From assembly GCA_004375695.1 (NCBI GenBank), contig SOKQ01000021.1:11505-75504 (forward strand): a stretch of 64,000 nt of DNA. Reading direction: 5' to 3'. Positions within the stretch are counted from its first letter, which is position 1. The number at the start of each line of letters is the position of its first letter. The translations under genes were made by a program, and so were the position numbers. This document shows positions 18,007-28,087 of the stretch, in pieces. The stretch comes from Hadesarchaea archaeon. Its GTDB lineage: Archaea; Hadarchaeota; Hadarchaeia; Hadarchaeales; Hadarchaeaceae. Under the pieces are notes generated by a model. That model ran no database searches, was not told the origin of the DNA, and worked only from the letters and a program-made list of their open reading frames with translations.

Positions 18007-18663
18007 TTGAATATTTTAGCAGTCGCCGACTTCCATGGTAGTCCGAATGGCGAGCAAAGCCTCTTGAAGCTCCTCAAACGCGGCTATGATTGTGTTTTGC
18101 TTATAGGTGACCTCACGAACTTCGGTCCAGCTAATCTCGCTGAGAGTTTGCTCGAGCGGGTCAAAGCGACGGGCGTGTCCATATTTGCGGTACCAGGGAA
18201 CTGTGACCCCAAGCAGATTCTGCAGGTGTTCGACAAGTACGGGGTTAACCTCCACGGCAAGTGCGAGCGGCTCGGAGATATCACTTTCGTGGGGCTAGGG
18301 GGTTCCAATCTAACTCCTTTCAACACTCCCTTCGAGCTCACCGAGGTGGAAATCCAAGAGGAACTGGCGGCTCTAGCCTGCACCCCCGATGTCAACCGGA
18401 TATTGGTTACCCACGCTCCGCCCTACGACACTAAGCTCGACCAGATCGCCGATGGTACTCATGTTGGGAGCAAGAGCATACGCAAGTTCATCGAGCAGAA
18501 GCAGCCGTTGGTGGCGCTCTGCGGCCACGTGCACGAGGCCCGAAACACCGAAAAGCTAGGGCGAACCTTGATGATCAATCCCGGGCCAATCAGCAAGGGT
18601 TATGCCGCCGAGATAACGATAAACAGCGGCGATGAAATTCGGGCCAAACTGCTCGAGATCTAG
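18007..18663 (+). CDS. Calcineurin-like metallophosphoesterase
   Basis: DFH, GD, GNCD, THAPP and GHVHE motifs. Confidence 0.9.
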   Translation: MNILAVADFHGSPNGEQSLLKLLKRGYDCVLLIGDLTNFGPANLAESLLERVKATGVSIFAVPGNCDPKQILQVFDKYGVNLHGKCERLGDITFVGLGGSNLTPFNTPFELTEVEIQEELAALACTPDVNRILVTHAPPYDTKLDQIADGTHVGSKSIRKFIEQKQPLVALCGHVHEARNTEKLGRTLMINPGPISKGYAAEITINSGDEIRAKLLEI

Positions 18664-18848
18664 CGGTTGCAAAGATGATGAAAGAAGTACCGGAGACACC
18701 GCTTTTGTTGCGGTTCTTCAAGGCGCAAATGAGCTTCGGGGCTACCCCAGCTTTGGAAGTTTATTTATCATTGGGGAAAGATCGCGAGGAAAATCAGGAA
18801 AAGTGGTTAAAAGGCTGATGGTGAGGGAAGGGTTACGCTACCACCAAA

Positions 18849-19895
18849 CTAAATTACCCCTGTCGTTCTCGCTAACCGCTCCACCGCGCGTTTGCTCAAC
18901 CCAGCGCCTAGCACGGTGTAGCGCTCGGGTCTTATCCGATGTGCTATGGTAAGAGCTCTAACTACATACTTAGCTGGAATGCCGAGTTCCTTCGCATTCG
19001 TCGGACATCCTATCGTGCGGAGTGCTTCGCGGATTGCCTGCCAGTCCTCCCCATGCAGGTAGGCTGTCATCACCGCCCCGACGCCACACTGCTCACCATG
19101 GAGCGCAGGTTTGGGAGCGAGCTGATCAAGTGCGTGGCTAAACAAATGCTCTGCGCCACTCGCCGGACGGCTGCTCCCAGCGATTCCCATCGCCACGCTG
19201 CTCGAGATTAGCGCCTTCACGACTTTGCGCACGCTCTCCTCGGTGTGCTTTTTGATGAGCTCAGCATTTTCCATCACGATCTGGGAACTAAGGAGCGAGA
19301 GGGCCGTGGCATATTCACTGTAGGGCTCGCCAAACAGTCGATGCGCGAGGTCCCAGTCGCGGACCGCTGTGAAGTTAGCCACGAGGTCCCCGCAACCAGC
19401 TGCGAGTAGGCGATGAGGCGCGCGTTTGATGATGCGCGTGTCGGCGACGATTGCGATGGGGGCGCGTGTTTCTATCGATGTCGGTTTTCGTCCACCCTTG
19501 ATTGAGGCCCTGGAGGAAGCGATGCCATCATGAGAAGCAGCAGTAGGCACTGAGATGAAGGGCTTACCCTCCTTGAACGACGCCAGCTTTGCCACATCTA
19601 TGCATGTGCCACCTCCGACACCCAGCAGAAAGTTTACTTTGCCCTTGATGAGCTTGCGCACCTTGGCGACGGTCGCCATATCGGCCTGTTTAACTAACGA
19701 GTACTCGACCTCAAAACCGGCACGCCTAAGTGAACGCTGGACTCCAGCCCCAACCAGTTTGAAAGTCGTGGCGTCGGCTATTATTAAGGCGCGTTTGCCG
19801 GAACACAAGCGCTCGCAAACGTCAGTGATCTGCGCAATCACGCGTGGGCCTATCCAGACCTCGCGAGGCAGTTCTATGCGTTTGGGTTCTTTCAT
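18849..19895 (-). CDS. egsA: sn-glycerol-1-phosphate dehydrogenase
   Basis: GGG..IDVAK, PTAASHDG, SRPASGAEH.FSHALD, LHGEQCG. Confidence 0.95.
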   Translation of the reverse strand: MKEPKRIELPREVWIGPRVIAQITDVCERLCSGKRALIIADATTFKLVGAGVQRSLRRAGFEVEYSLVKQADMATVAKVRKLIKGKVNFLLGVGGGTCIDVAKLASFKEGKPFISVPTAASHDGIASSRASIKGGRKPTSIETRAPIAIVADTRIIKRAPHRLLAAGCGDLVANFTAVRDWDLAHRLFGEPYSEYATALSLLSSQIVMENAELIKKHTEESVRKVVKALISSSVAMGIAGSSRPASGAEHLFSHALDQLAPKPALHGEQCGVGAVMTAYLHGEDWQAIREALRTIGCPTNAKELGIPAKYVVRALTIAHRIRPERYTVLGAGLSKRAVERLARTTGVI

Positions 19896-19997
19896 CAGTT
19901 TTACCGCACTTTTGTTGGTTGATAAACTTTATATACAGTTAACGCCAGCTCTAAATTGTTGCGTTTAGCGCAGCATTTTTTCAAGCGAGGAATTAGA

Positions 19998-20621
19998 TTG
20001 GAAAAATCAAAGCTTAAACATCTTGAGGGTACGACAACGGTTGGGCTCGCTTGCAGGGACGGAGTGGTGCTCGCTACGGACACCAGGGCCACGATGGGCT
20101 ACCTTGTGGCGAGCAAGCAAGCGCGGAAGGTGTTTAAGATAACCAACACCATCGGCGCCACCACTGCGGGAGGAGTCGCGGACACTCAGAGCTTGGTGAG
20201 CGCGCTCCAGGCCGAGGCCAGCTACTACCTGTTGCGGGAGGGGATCTCCATGAACGTGCGAGCAAGTGCCAGGCTCGCCGCCAACATCCTCCACGCGTAC
20301 GGTCTACTCCCTTACATCGCGAATCTGCTGATCGGGGGCTCCGATGCCTCCGGCTCTAAGTTGTTCTTCGTCGACATCGATGGCGCCCTGACCGAGGAAA
20401 CTATGGTGGCTACGGGCTCGGGTTCACCGGTCGCATATGGTGTGCTCGAAACCGAGTTTAAGGAGGGCATGAGTATCGAGGAAGCCTTGCCCATTGCGAT
20501 CAAGGCTGTACAAACGGCGATAAAGCGCGATATCGCCACGGGTAACGAAGTCATGGTTGCCGCAATAACAAGCAAGGGGTATCGCGAGCTTTCACCTGAA
20601 GAGATAAAAAAATTAGCTTAA
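19998..20621 (+). CDS. psmB: Proteasome beta subunit
   Basis: Propeptide cleavage site G|TTTVG, D.RAT, GSGS; SD GAGG before TTG 19998. Confidence 0.95.
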   Translation: MEKSKLKHLEGTTTVGLACRDGVVLATDTRATMGYLVASKQARKVFKITNTIGATTAGGVADTQSLVSALQAEASYYLLREGISMNVRASARLAANILHAYGLLPYIANLLIGGSDASGSKLFFVDIDGALTEETMVATGSGSPVAYGVLETEFKEGMSIEEALPIAIKAVQTAIKRDIATGNEVMVAAITSKGYRELSPEEIKKLA

Positions 20622-20646
20622 TCTGATCTACTTAAAAGGCGATGGC

Positions 20647-22554
20647 ATGGCTGCAGAAGGACTATTACAGGAAATCAAACGGATTGTGCGAGAGGAGACC
20701 CCTTTCTCCAGCGCAATCTCCGATATCGATTTCGAGGGCCCCCGGGTCGTGTTCTACTGCAAGGACCTTGACCTTCTAATGGAGAACGGCGAGGTGATAA
20801 AAGAGTTCGCACGTAAAATCCGGAAACGAATAATCCTCCGTCCAGCTCCCAATATCCTGACCGAGTCTGAGAAAGCCGAGAAGAAAATCCGACGCCTTGT
20901 TCCCGCCGAGGCTGGGATAACCAATATAATTTTCAGCCAGGATGTGGGGGAAGTTACTATCGAGGCGCAGAAGCCCGGAATAGCTATAGGTAAGGGAGGG
21001 GGCCTGCTCCGCGAGATAATGCAAAAAATCAGCTGGACGCCTCGGGTGGTTCGGGCGCCACCTATCGAATCGGACATCGTGCAGAACATCCGCCGCTCCA
21101 TAATCCAAGGAGGTACCAAGCGGCGCGACATCTTGCGGAAAATAGGCAGGCGGATCCACCGCGAGCCCAAGAGCAAGGGCGACTGGATTCGCTTCACGAC
21201 TCTAGGAGGGTCGCGCGAGGTCGGGCGCTCCTCATTTTTGCTCCAGACCCCCGAAAGCCGAGTCATGATTGACTGCGGTGTAAACGTCGCGTCCGAGAAT
21301 CGAGCTTTTCCCCACCTCGAGGTTCCGGAGGTAAGGTTACCCGAACTGGACGCTGTGATTCTCACCCATGCCCACCTTGATCATTGCGGGTTCGTTCCCT
21401 ATCTCTTCAAGTACGGGTTCGAAGGGCCCGTCTACTGTACTCCAGCCACACGCGACCTCGCCGTACTTCTTCAGCTGGACTACGTGGGCATCGCTGAGCG
21501 CGAGGATCGACCACTCCCTTACAACAAGCGCGACATCACCACCTTCCTTCGTCACTGCATTCCGCTCGATTACAGCGATGTCACCGATATTGCACCCGAT
21601 GTCCGGATCACCTTCCACAACGCGGGGCACATCTTAGGTTCTGCGATTGCACACATCCACATTGGTGAGGGGATCTACAACCTCGTGTACACGGGCGACC
21701 TGAAGTTCGACCGTACGCGCCTCTTATCTCCCGCCGTCTGCACGTTTCCCCGCTTGGAGACCCTCGTCATGGACAGCACATACGGAGGTTCTGAGGACAT
21801 CCAACCCTATCGCGCAGATGCCGAGAAGGAATTCATTCGAATCGTGACCGAGACCACGAAGCATGGGGGCAAGGTTATCGTGCCGGCATTCGCGGTCGGG
21901 CGCGCGCAGGAGATTATGGTTCTGCTCGAGGATTACAAGCGAAGGGGACTGCTCGATGGGACGCCTGTTTATCTAGACGGAATGATATGGGAAGCGACGG
22001 CAATCCACACGGCTTATCCAGAGTATCTATCCCCAGAGCTGCGCGAACGGATATTCCGAGCTGATGAGAACCCATTCCTCTCTGATCTCTTCGAGCGAGT
22101 GAAGGGTTCAGACCAACGCGCACAGGTAATCGACGGCGATCCAGCGATAATCGTATCGACGGCAGGGATGATGGCTGGTGGGCCCGTGCTCGAATACTTC
22201 AAAAATCTCGCGCCAGATCCGCGTAACACCCTCGTCTTCGTCGGGTACCAGTGTGAGGGGTCCCTTGGGCGACGCATCCAGAAGGGATGGCGTGAGATCC
22301 CCCTACGTAGTGATAAGGGGAGGGTAGAGGAGGTGAAGGTAAACATGGAAGTTCGAACGGTCGAAGGATTCAGCGGGCACTCGGATCGGGCACAGCTGTT
22401 GAATTACGTGCGGAGGGTCTCACCCAAACCGCAGCGCGTCATATGCATCCATGGTGATGAAAACAAGTGTATCGACTTGGCAAGCGCGCTGCACAAACTT
22501 TTCAGGGTCGAGACGAAGGCGCCCCGGAGCTTGGAGACCATCAGGCTCCACTAG
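20647..22554 (+). CDS. fttA: aCPSF1/FttA KH + beta-CASP ribonuclease (termination factor)
   Basis: N-terminal KH domains, HAHLDH, AGHILGS, FSGHSD; conserved psmB-aCPSF1 synteny. Confidence 0.95.
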   Translation: MAAEGLLQEIKRIVREETPFSSAISDIDFEGPRVVFYCKDLDLLMENGEVIKEFARKIRKRIILRPAPNILTESEKAEKKIRRLVPAEAGITNIIFSQDVGEVTIEAQKPGIAIGKGGGLLREIMQKISWTPRVVRAPPIESDIVQNIRRSIIQGGTKRRDILRKIGRRIHREPKSKGDWIRFTTLGGSREVGRSSFLLQTPESRVMIDCGVNVASENRAFPHLEVPEVRLPELDAVILTHAHLDHCGFVPYLFKYGFEGPVYCTPATRDLAVLLQLDYVGIAEREDRPLPYNKRDITTFLRHCIPLDYSDVTDIAPDVRITFHNAGHILGSAIAHIHIGEGIYNLVYTGDLKFDRTRLLSPAVCTFPRLETLVMDSTYGGSEDIQPYRADAEKEFIRIVTETTKHGGKVIVPAFAVGRAQEIMVLLEDYKRRGLLDGTPVYLDGMIWEATAIHTAYPEYLSPELRERIFRADENPFLSDLFERVKGSDQRAQVIDGDPAIIVSTAGMMAGGPVLEYFKNLAPDPRNTLVFVGYQCEGSLGRRIQKGWREIPLRSDKGRVEEVKVNMEVRTVEGFSGHSDRAQLLNYVRRVSPKPQRVICIHGDENKCIDLASALHKLFRVETKAPRSLETIRLH

Positions 22555-23120
22555 CGTGGTGGATCTCCCCTGAGCAATGCTAATTCCCGCTTGGTCAACT
22601 CGCGTTTCTTGGCCCGTCTGTTCACAATTGTGCTATGCCCGAATGGGTCCATGAAAATCAGCCTAGCCTTCCGTTTCCCGGCGCGTATTTCATCAAGCTT
22701 TTTCAGCTTCGCCTGACCTCGCCGGCGCTTGGTGGCATCATTTTTTTTAATCGCCAGCTTTATCGCTCCCTCTACACGGTTGAGCACTCCCTCGACGTTC
22801 GACACGTAGCCCTCGCTCGCTGGCCCTGGCTCTACAGTCACCCCGAGTTCTGGAAGCTTGATCGTTCCCGTGCTCGACTTCACGACTCTAACCTTGAGGT
22901 CTTCTTCGGATGTGATCTGAAACTCGTAGCGTAGCGGGGGGCGCTCGCCTAAACACATGACATCCGCATGCCTGAATTTGCAGCTGGTGCAGCTTGCGAA
23001 GGTTTCCATTATCTCTCCAAAATATGGGATGTGGTCGATTCTACCCTTGACGCGAAAAGTGTCCTTGGCCCCACAGATGGGACAACGCTCGATAGGGAGC
23101 AGGAACTCCCTCTTCCGCAT
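22551..23120 (-). CDS. ZPR1-type zinc finger protein
   Basis: CPIC...IPYFGE...CTSC, GYVSNVEG, DPFGHS. Confidence 0.9.
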   Translation of the reverse strand: MRKREFLLPIERCPICGAKDTFRVKGRIDHIPYFGEIMETFASCTSCKFRHADVMCLGERPPLRYEFQITSEEDLKVRVVKSSTGTIKLPELGVTVEPGPASEGYVSNVEGVLNRVEGAIKLAIKKNDATKRRRGQAKLKKLDEIRAGKRKARLIFMDPFGHSTIVNRRAKKRELTKRELALLRGDPPR

Positions 23121-23134
23121 AAATTCACCAAAAA

Positions 23135-23509
23135 TTATGCGATGGCTCGTTTGAACTGGATGTTGACGAACCTCGGGGTAGCTAACACTTTTGACTCCGT
23201 CAGGCGTCCCACGTCCCCACCGATAGCTTGGCAAATCCCTTTTAGCTGGTCGATCGCCCGCTTGAGTTCGGCGGGGTCTTGGTTCATAAGCATGCTGATG
23301 TCGAGGATCATGATGTTCCCGGCTCGAAGTTCATCTGATACTTCTTGGACATCGACAAGGCTATGAAGCTCCATGCTCTTGATGTAGATGGGCTCAAGCG
23401 CGCTGACGCCCTTCGGTCTGCTAACAGACTTTTCCTCGATTTCCATTATCGGTACTTCTTCGACCGTTTCAGGCTTTACCTTTGGTTTTCCCCCGAGCAA
23501 TCGTTTCAA
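23135..23509 (-). CDS. sepF: Cell division protein SepF
   Basis: GNIMILDI, RAIDQLKG...GGDVG, TP; lies next to ZPR1/PUA as in other archaea. Confidence 0.85.
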   Translation of the reverse strand: MKRLLGGKPKVKPETVEEVPIMEIEEKSVSRPKGVSALEPIYIKSMELHSLVDVQEVSDELRAGNIMILDISMLMNQDPAELKRAIDQLKGICQAIGGDVGRLTESKVLATPRFVNIQFKRAIA

Positions 23510-23557
23510 GGATTTCAGGCAATCACCCTAACAAATGGTCGGTGGCTTTCAATCTAT

Positions 23558-24043
23558 TTAACTCTTTGCTTGAAACTGCCACATTTCATCGCCGACGTAG
23601 TGGAAGTTCTTGATTACTTTCCCCTTCGGGCCTCGCATCTCAACTCCGGGCACAAGAGCTTGTCCAATCGCGATGGGCTTACCGTGTCGTTCATCCACAA
23701 TTACCACACTCTCCCCCAGCGTGATTTCCTCGTCGGCTGAAATTACACCCGGGGCCATAATGTCGGCTCCGTTGACGACGTGAGGAACCGCCCCCATGTC
23801 AATGGCTACACGCTTTAGTGGAATTCGATCAAGTGATTTCAGCGTCGGAAAAATCTCATCACTCAACCTGAACAAGAGTGCTTTACCGTCAACCAAGATG
23901 ATTTCCCTGCTCTCGCCCAGCTCTATCACTTCAATCGCCCCTTTTAAAAGTTCGGCCGTGTTTTCGCCAAACTTTTTGACGACTTCCTGTGTAAGCTGCT
24001 TAAGCAAGGCTTTTCTCACGTGATAACGACGCTTTATAGGCAT
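23558..24043 (-). CDS. PUA-domain RNA-binding protein (MCT-1/Tma20-like)
   Basis: [27 protein letters not shown]. Confidence 0.9.
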   Translation of the reverse strand: MPIKRRYHVRKALLKQLTQEVVKKFGENTAELLKGAIEVIELGESREIILVDGKALLFRLSDEIFPTLKSLDRIPLKRVAIDMGAVPHVVNGADIMAPGVISADEEITLGESVVIVDERHGKPIAIGQALVPGVEMRGPKGKVIKNFHYVGDEMWQFQAKS

Positions 24044-24101
24044 CAAACAAAAGTGGTTCGATAAGGTTAAATATACAGCTAGCGAGGAGTTGATGATTTT
24101 C

Positions 24102-24326
24102 ATGGCGCAGCGACCTCTCGATGTGCTCAACCGCGCCCTAGGGTCGTCAGTGTTGGTTGGACTCAAGGGCGGCCGGGAGTTTAGGGGAAAGCTAAGCGGT
24201 TTCGACATGCACATAAATCTAGTGCTTGAGGAGACCGAGGAAATCCAGGGCGGCGAAGCAGCGAAGCGCTACGGGATGATGGTAATCCGAGGGGACAGCG
24301 TAGTATTCATCTCGCCTGCTGAGTGA
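24102..24326 (+). CDS. Sm-like archaeal protein (SmAP1/Lsm)
   Basis: [19 protein letters not shown]; directly upstream of rpl37e. Confidence 0.95.
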   Translation: MAQRPLDVLNRALGSSVLVGLKGGREFRGKLSGFDMHINLVLEETEEIQGGEAAKRYGMMVIRGDSVVFISPAE

Positions 24327-24331
24327 GTGGA

Positions 24332-24517
24332 ATGGTCAAGGGCACTCCATCAATGGGCAGGCGCCACAAGGTGGTGCACATCCGTTGCCGACGTTGTGGG
24401 AGACGAGCTTACCATGCCCAGCGTGGGGTTTGCGCGGCCTGTGGTTACGGGCGTTCGCGTCGCATCAAGCGGTACAATTGGAAAGTGAAAACCATCCAAG
24501 GGTTGCGGCTCCGGTAG
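24332..24517 (+). CDS. rpl37e: Ribosomal protein eL37
   Basis: [15 protein letters not shown]...CAACG. Confidence 0.95.
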   Translation: MVKGTPSMGRRHKVVHIRCRRCGRRAYHAQRGVCAACGYGRSRRIKRYNWKVKTIQGLRLR

Positions 24518-24766
24518 CCGTTATTTACTAGCGTGGACATGGGGGCTTTTTCGAATAAGCAACTAGTTAACTTAGGCTTTTCACCCTTGTCCTATTTGAG
24601 AAACGTTATTGGGTTTCAGCTGAGTTGTCCTATTTAGGGCACATGCCCGCTTAAATTGACAATACCCTTGGCAACCAGATGGCTAAATGAAGTTTTTCTC
24701 GGGTGGCATGTCTAACTTTAGACAATCACAAAATTTCTTAAGCTCGCGTGACAACCTTTTCTCGGT

Positions 24767-24896
24767 GGGCCGGTGGATCAGCCTGGAAATGAAGGGGAAA
24801 CATTTCCTCGTCAACAGAATGATCGTCCGCTTGGCAAATTGTAGAATCCATCCAAATTGCGGGAGGTCGCGGGTTCAAATCCCGCCCGGTCCACCA
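24767..24896 (+). tRNA. tRNA-Ala(GGC) with two introns: D-loop (24789-24819) and 37/38 (24837-24857); CCA encoded
   Basis: Removing both inserts gives GGGCCGGTGGATCAGCCTGGAATGATCGTCCGCTTGGCATGCGGGAGGTCGCGGGTTCAAATCCCGCCCGGTCCACCA with a G3:U70 pair; BHB-like junctions. Confidence 0.9.
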
Positions 24897-24944
24897 CTTT
24901 TGAACTGTAGAGGATTTATACCAACTCAACTCAAATTCATTTTG

Positions 24945-25049
24945 GGGCCCGTGGTCTAGTGGTTATGAGGGAGTTGGCGTAGCCGCGCCCTAACAAACGT
25001 CGCCTTGACATGGCGAAGTTCCCGAGTTCGAATCTCGGCGGGCCCACCA
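24945..25049 (+). tRNA. tRNA-Val(GAC) with a 23/24 intron (24968-24996); CCA encoded
   Basis: Cloverleaf after splicing; BHB: GTTA-TGA / TAAC-AAA with GGG/CCC outer helix; anticodon 25007-25009. Confidence 0.92.
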
Positions 25050-25071
25050 CCTTTTTTGCTGGTAGCGCAAG

Positions 25072-25872
25072 TTGTTCGTGATGAAGCTCGTCCTCGCCTC
25101 TGCCCAAGACCCAGCCGCCAAAAATATCGCCATGCGGCTGCTGAAGGATTACGACTTTAAGAAATCACCGAGCCTGACGAACGCATATGTGTATGGAAAT
25201 GTTACACTAATGACAATCGCGGGTGAAGTAACCCGAATCACCGAGCTACCCATAGATGCGGAAGAAGTCATCGTTGCCTCCCGACATGCAAGCGAGTCAG
25301 GTGTCCCCACGCTTACCGTGCATGTGCCGGGCGAGGTTATGAAGATGGGACTCGCAGAAGCCTCCCCGTCAACGGTAAAAACCGCTCTCAGAACTCTTGT
25401 GGAGATGCGCGACAAGCTCGGGCTGACTTACGATGTCTCCCTTGAGGCCACCCATCATGGTCCAACGCGGCTCGATGTCCCGGTGACGTTCGTGGAAATC
25501 GGCAGCTCCCCCGAGCAGTGGCACGACAAAAAAGCCGGGGAAGCTGTTGCCCGAGCGATTATGGCCGCAGCGACCTTACCGATGAAGTGCCGCCATGCTA
25601 TAGGTCTCGGAGGACCCCACTACGCCCCCCGCCACACCAATGTGGTCCTGTCAACCGACGTTGGAGTGGGACACATCTTCCCAAAGTACGCGAGCATCGA
25701 TGAAACGTTGATTGAGCGAGCGTTCGTTCGTACCCGAGGAGGCGTAGAACTGCTGGCACTTGACTGGAAGGGCATGAGCGGTGAACAACGTCAGGTTTCC
25801 CAGCGGGTCGCCGACAGGCTGGGCATTCAAGCGATACGTACGCGGGAAATCCTCAGTGGGGCAAAGGTTTAA
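25072..25872 (+). CDS. dtdA: D-aminoacyl-tRNA deacylase (archaeal DTD2)
   Basis: SRH, LTVH.PG, EATHHGP, FVEIGS, GGPHYAP. Confidence 0.92.
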   Translation: MFVMKLVLASAQDPAAKNIAMRLLKDYDFKKSPSLTNAYVYGNVTLMTIAGEVTRITELPIDAEEVIVASRHASESGVPTLTVHVPGEVMKMGLAEASPSTVKTALRTLVEMRDKLGLTYDVSLEATHHGPTRLDVPVTFVEIGSSPEQWHDKKAGEAVARAIMAAATLPMKCRHAIGLGGPHYAPRHTNVVLSTDVGVGHIFPKYASIDETLIERAFVRTRGGVELLALDWKGMSGEQRQVSQRVADRLGIQAIRTREILSGAKV

Positions 25873-25919
25873 ATTAACTCGGGAGAAATTTGCCAACGTG
25901 GATGATAAGAGGGATTTGA

Positions 25920-27056
25920 TTGCAGAAGACTGAATCGGCTGTGTTCTCTCCCGAGACGGGGTTTGAACTTACGAAGCCGGGAATTTCAACCGCTAGAGCT
26001 AAGGTGTCTAAGGCAGTCCCTACGGTTACTAACGAGGAGCTCGAACGGGCTTTGCAGGAGGCGCGAGCCCGAATTGCCGTCGTCGGCTGCGGCGGCGCGG
26101 GCTGTAACACTCTCTCCCGCATGATGGGAGTTGGCATCGAAGGCGTCGACACAATAGCTCTCAACACCGATGCTCAAGACTTGCTCTACACGGCCGCCGA
26201 TCGAAAAATCCTCATAGGGCGCGAAATAACGAGTGGCCTCGGAGCCGGCAATGATCCGGCGAAGGGAGAGGCTGCCGCGAGGGAGGACGAAGCGATTGTG
26301 AAGGACCACATCTACGGTGTCGACATGGTCTTCGTGACATGCGGCTTAGGCGGGGGGACTGGAACCGGTGCGGTACCTGTCGTGGGCGAGATTGCGAAAA
26401 AACTCGGGGCGTTAACTATCGGCGTTGTGACCTTACCCTTCTCCGTCGAGGGGACGCGCCGGAGGTTGAATGCCGAGCAGGGGCTCGTGCGCCTTCGAGA
26501 GGTAGTAGACACAGTGGTCGTGATTCCTAACGACAAGTTGCTCCAGCTTGCGCCAGACATTCCCATTGGGGCGGCATTTAAGGTAGCCGATCAACTTCTG
26601 ATGGATGCAATCAAAGGAATAACGGAGATGATTACGAAGCCCGGGCTCATCAACCTCGACTTTGCTGATGTGCGCACGGTGCTACAGGGCGGCGGGGTGG
26701 CGATGCTGGGTATAGGCGAATCCGACACCGACAACCGCGCCAAGGAGGCTGTCGAGGAAGCACTGAACAGCCCGCTTCTAGATGTCGACATCACCGGGGC
26801 AAAAGGAGTGCTCGTGAACGTGATCGGGAGCCCGGACATGACGCTCGAGGAGGCAGAGCGAATCATCTCTCACATTTCCGAGTCTCTTGACCCAGAAGCC
26901 CAAGTCATCTGGGGCGCACAGATCTCCGAGGACATGAAGAACGCGGTGCGGGTCATGGTCGTGCTCTCTGGAGTCCACTCACCCTACGCGCTTGGTCCAG
27001 GTGAGCAGCTCCCACGAGAGGGTGAGCCCGTCGACCTAGGACTGGAGTCCTTGTAG
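25920..27056 (+). CDS. ftsZ: Cell division protein FtsZ (FtsZ1-type context)
   Basis: GGAGCN, GAG, GGGTGTG, NLDFAD; upstream of secE-spt5. Confidence 0.97.
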   Translation: MQKTESAVFSPETGFELTKPGISTARAKVSKAVPTVTNEELERALQEARARIAVVGCGGAGCNTLSRMMGVGIEGVDTIALNTDAQDLLYTAADRKILIGREITSGLGAGNDPAKGEAAAREDEAIVKDHIYGVDMVFVTCGLGGGTGTGAVPVVGEIAKKLGALTIGVVTLPFSVEGTRRRLNAEQGLVRLREVVDTVVVIPNDKLLQLAPDIPIGAAFKVADQLLMDAIKGITEMITKPGLINLDFADVRTVLQGGGVAMLGIGESDTDNRAKEAVEEALNSPLLDVDITGAKGVLVNVIGSPDMTLEEAERIISHISESLDPEAQVIWGAQISEDMKNAVRVMVVLSGVHSPYALGPGEQLPREGEPVDLGLESL

Positions 27057-27230
27057 ATGCGAAAGTTCCTCTCTAACTGTAAACGCGTGTTGCGGATAGC
27101 GCGAAAGCCAGACAGAAGCGAATACTTGCAAGTAGCGAAAATCACCGGGATTGGAATCATGCTCATAGGTTTCATAGGGTTCTTGATAATGCTCGTCGGA
27201 GTTTTTTTCGGTGCGACACCAGCCACGTAA
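27057..27230 (+). CDS. secE: Protein translocase SecE/Sec61-gamma (57 aa, below ORF-track cutoff)
   Basis: Translated by hand: MRKFLSNCKRVLRIARKPDRSEYLQVAKITGIGIMLIGFIGFLI...; RKP..EY plus one TM helix. Confidence 0.93.
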   Translation: MRKFLSNCKRVLRIARKPDRSEYLQVAKITGIGIMLIGFIGFLIMLVGVFFGATPAT

Positions 27231-27239
27231 GGTGATTAA

Positions 27240-27719
27240 ATGGAGAAAATCCAGAAGTCAGCCATATTCGCAATCCGCTCAACCATAGGTCAGGAGAAGA
27301 ACACAGCGGATATGATTGTGACGCGTGCGAAAAATTTCAACTTACCAATTAAGACCGTGCTCTCGCCTCCAGGAATAAGAGGCTATGTGTTTGTCGAGGC
27401 CACCGGCAAATCTGTTGTAGAGCAGGTGCGGGGCGGAATCAAGCATGCGAAGGGCGTCATCCCGGGCGAAATCCCTATGAGCGAGATTGAGCGCTTCCTC
27501 GTGCCGAAGCCGGTCGTCGTAGGCATGGAGATCGGGGACATCGTCGAGCACACCTCAGGCCCCTTCCGAGGGGAGCGAGCGCGAATAATTCGGATTGATG
27601 AGGGGAAGGAAGAGATAACCGTCGAGCTCTTCGAGGCAACCGTTCCCATTCCGGTCACGGTTCGAGGTGATTTTGTGAAGGTGATTCAAAAAAAGGAGAA
27701 AGAGGAGGAAGCTAAATGA
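27240..27719 (+). CDS. spt5: Transcription elongation factor Spt5/NusG
   Basis: GQEK, GYVFVE and KOW GPFRGE motifs. Confidence 0.95.
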   Translation: MEKIQKSAIFAIRSTIGQEKNTADMIVTRAKNFNLPIKTVLSPPGIRGYVFVEATGKSVVEQVRGGIKHAKGVIPGEIPMSEIERFLVPKPVVVGMEIGDIVEHTSGPFRGERARIIRIDEGKEEITVELFEATVPIPVTVRGDFVKVIQKKEKEEEAK

Positions 27720-28006
27720 AGGCAAGCGATGTAAAGCCTGGAATGCGAAGCATAGACCTAGATCTGAAAATCGTCGAAATCGAAGATTCGCGCCCGTACG
27801 TCAGCCGGGCTGGACGAGAGGGCAAGGTGACCACCGCGATCGGGGAGGACGACTCTGGGCGAATCAAAATCTCGCTCTGGGACAAAGATATCGATCGTGT
27901 CAAGGTCGGCTGTACGGTTCGGATCCGCAACGGATATTCGAGGCTCTTCCGCGATGAAGTCCATGTCAGCTCGGGCATGTACGGAAAACTTGAAGTCGCC
28001 GAATAG
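27716..28006 (+). CDS. Single OB-fold ssDNA-binding protein (SSB/RPA-like)
   Basis: DDSGRIKISLW, G.TVRI.NGY, G.YG OB-fold motifs. Confidence 0.85.
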   Translation: MKASDVKPGMRSIDLDLKIVEIEDSRPYVSRAGREGKVTTAIGEDDSGRIKISLWDKDIDRVKVGCTVRIRNGYSRLFRDEVHVSSGMYGKLEVAE

Positions 28007-28087
28007 TCAGCTGCACCACAGCTTTTTTTACCGCGTGGAGCCTACTTTTGAGGGAATCACGCCTATCGTTTAGGTGAGGCGATTGCG

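Noticed and set aside
18627..18840. Possible box C/D sRNA (ATGATGA...CTGA) or fluoride-riboswitch-like text
   Set aside because: The boxes are ~140 nt apart with no clear C'/D' or terminal stem. The riboswitch-like text is inside a CDS 3' end with no suitable downstream gene.
24587..24635. 11-bp direct repeat TTGTCCTATTT x2
   Set aside because: Only two short copies; not a CRISPR array and no assignable function.
24687..24959. ORFs overlapping the tRNA-Ala/Val genes (also 52176-52706 over tRNA-Arg)
   Set aside because: Explained by the intron-containing tRNA genes; no protein motifs.
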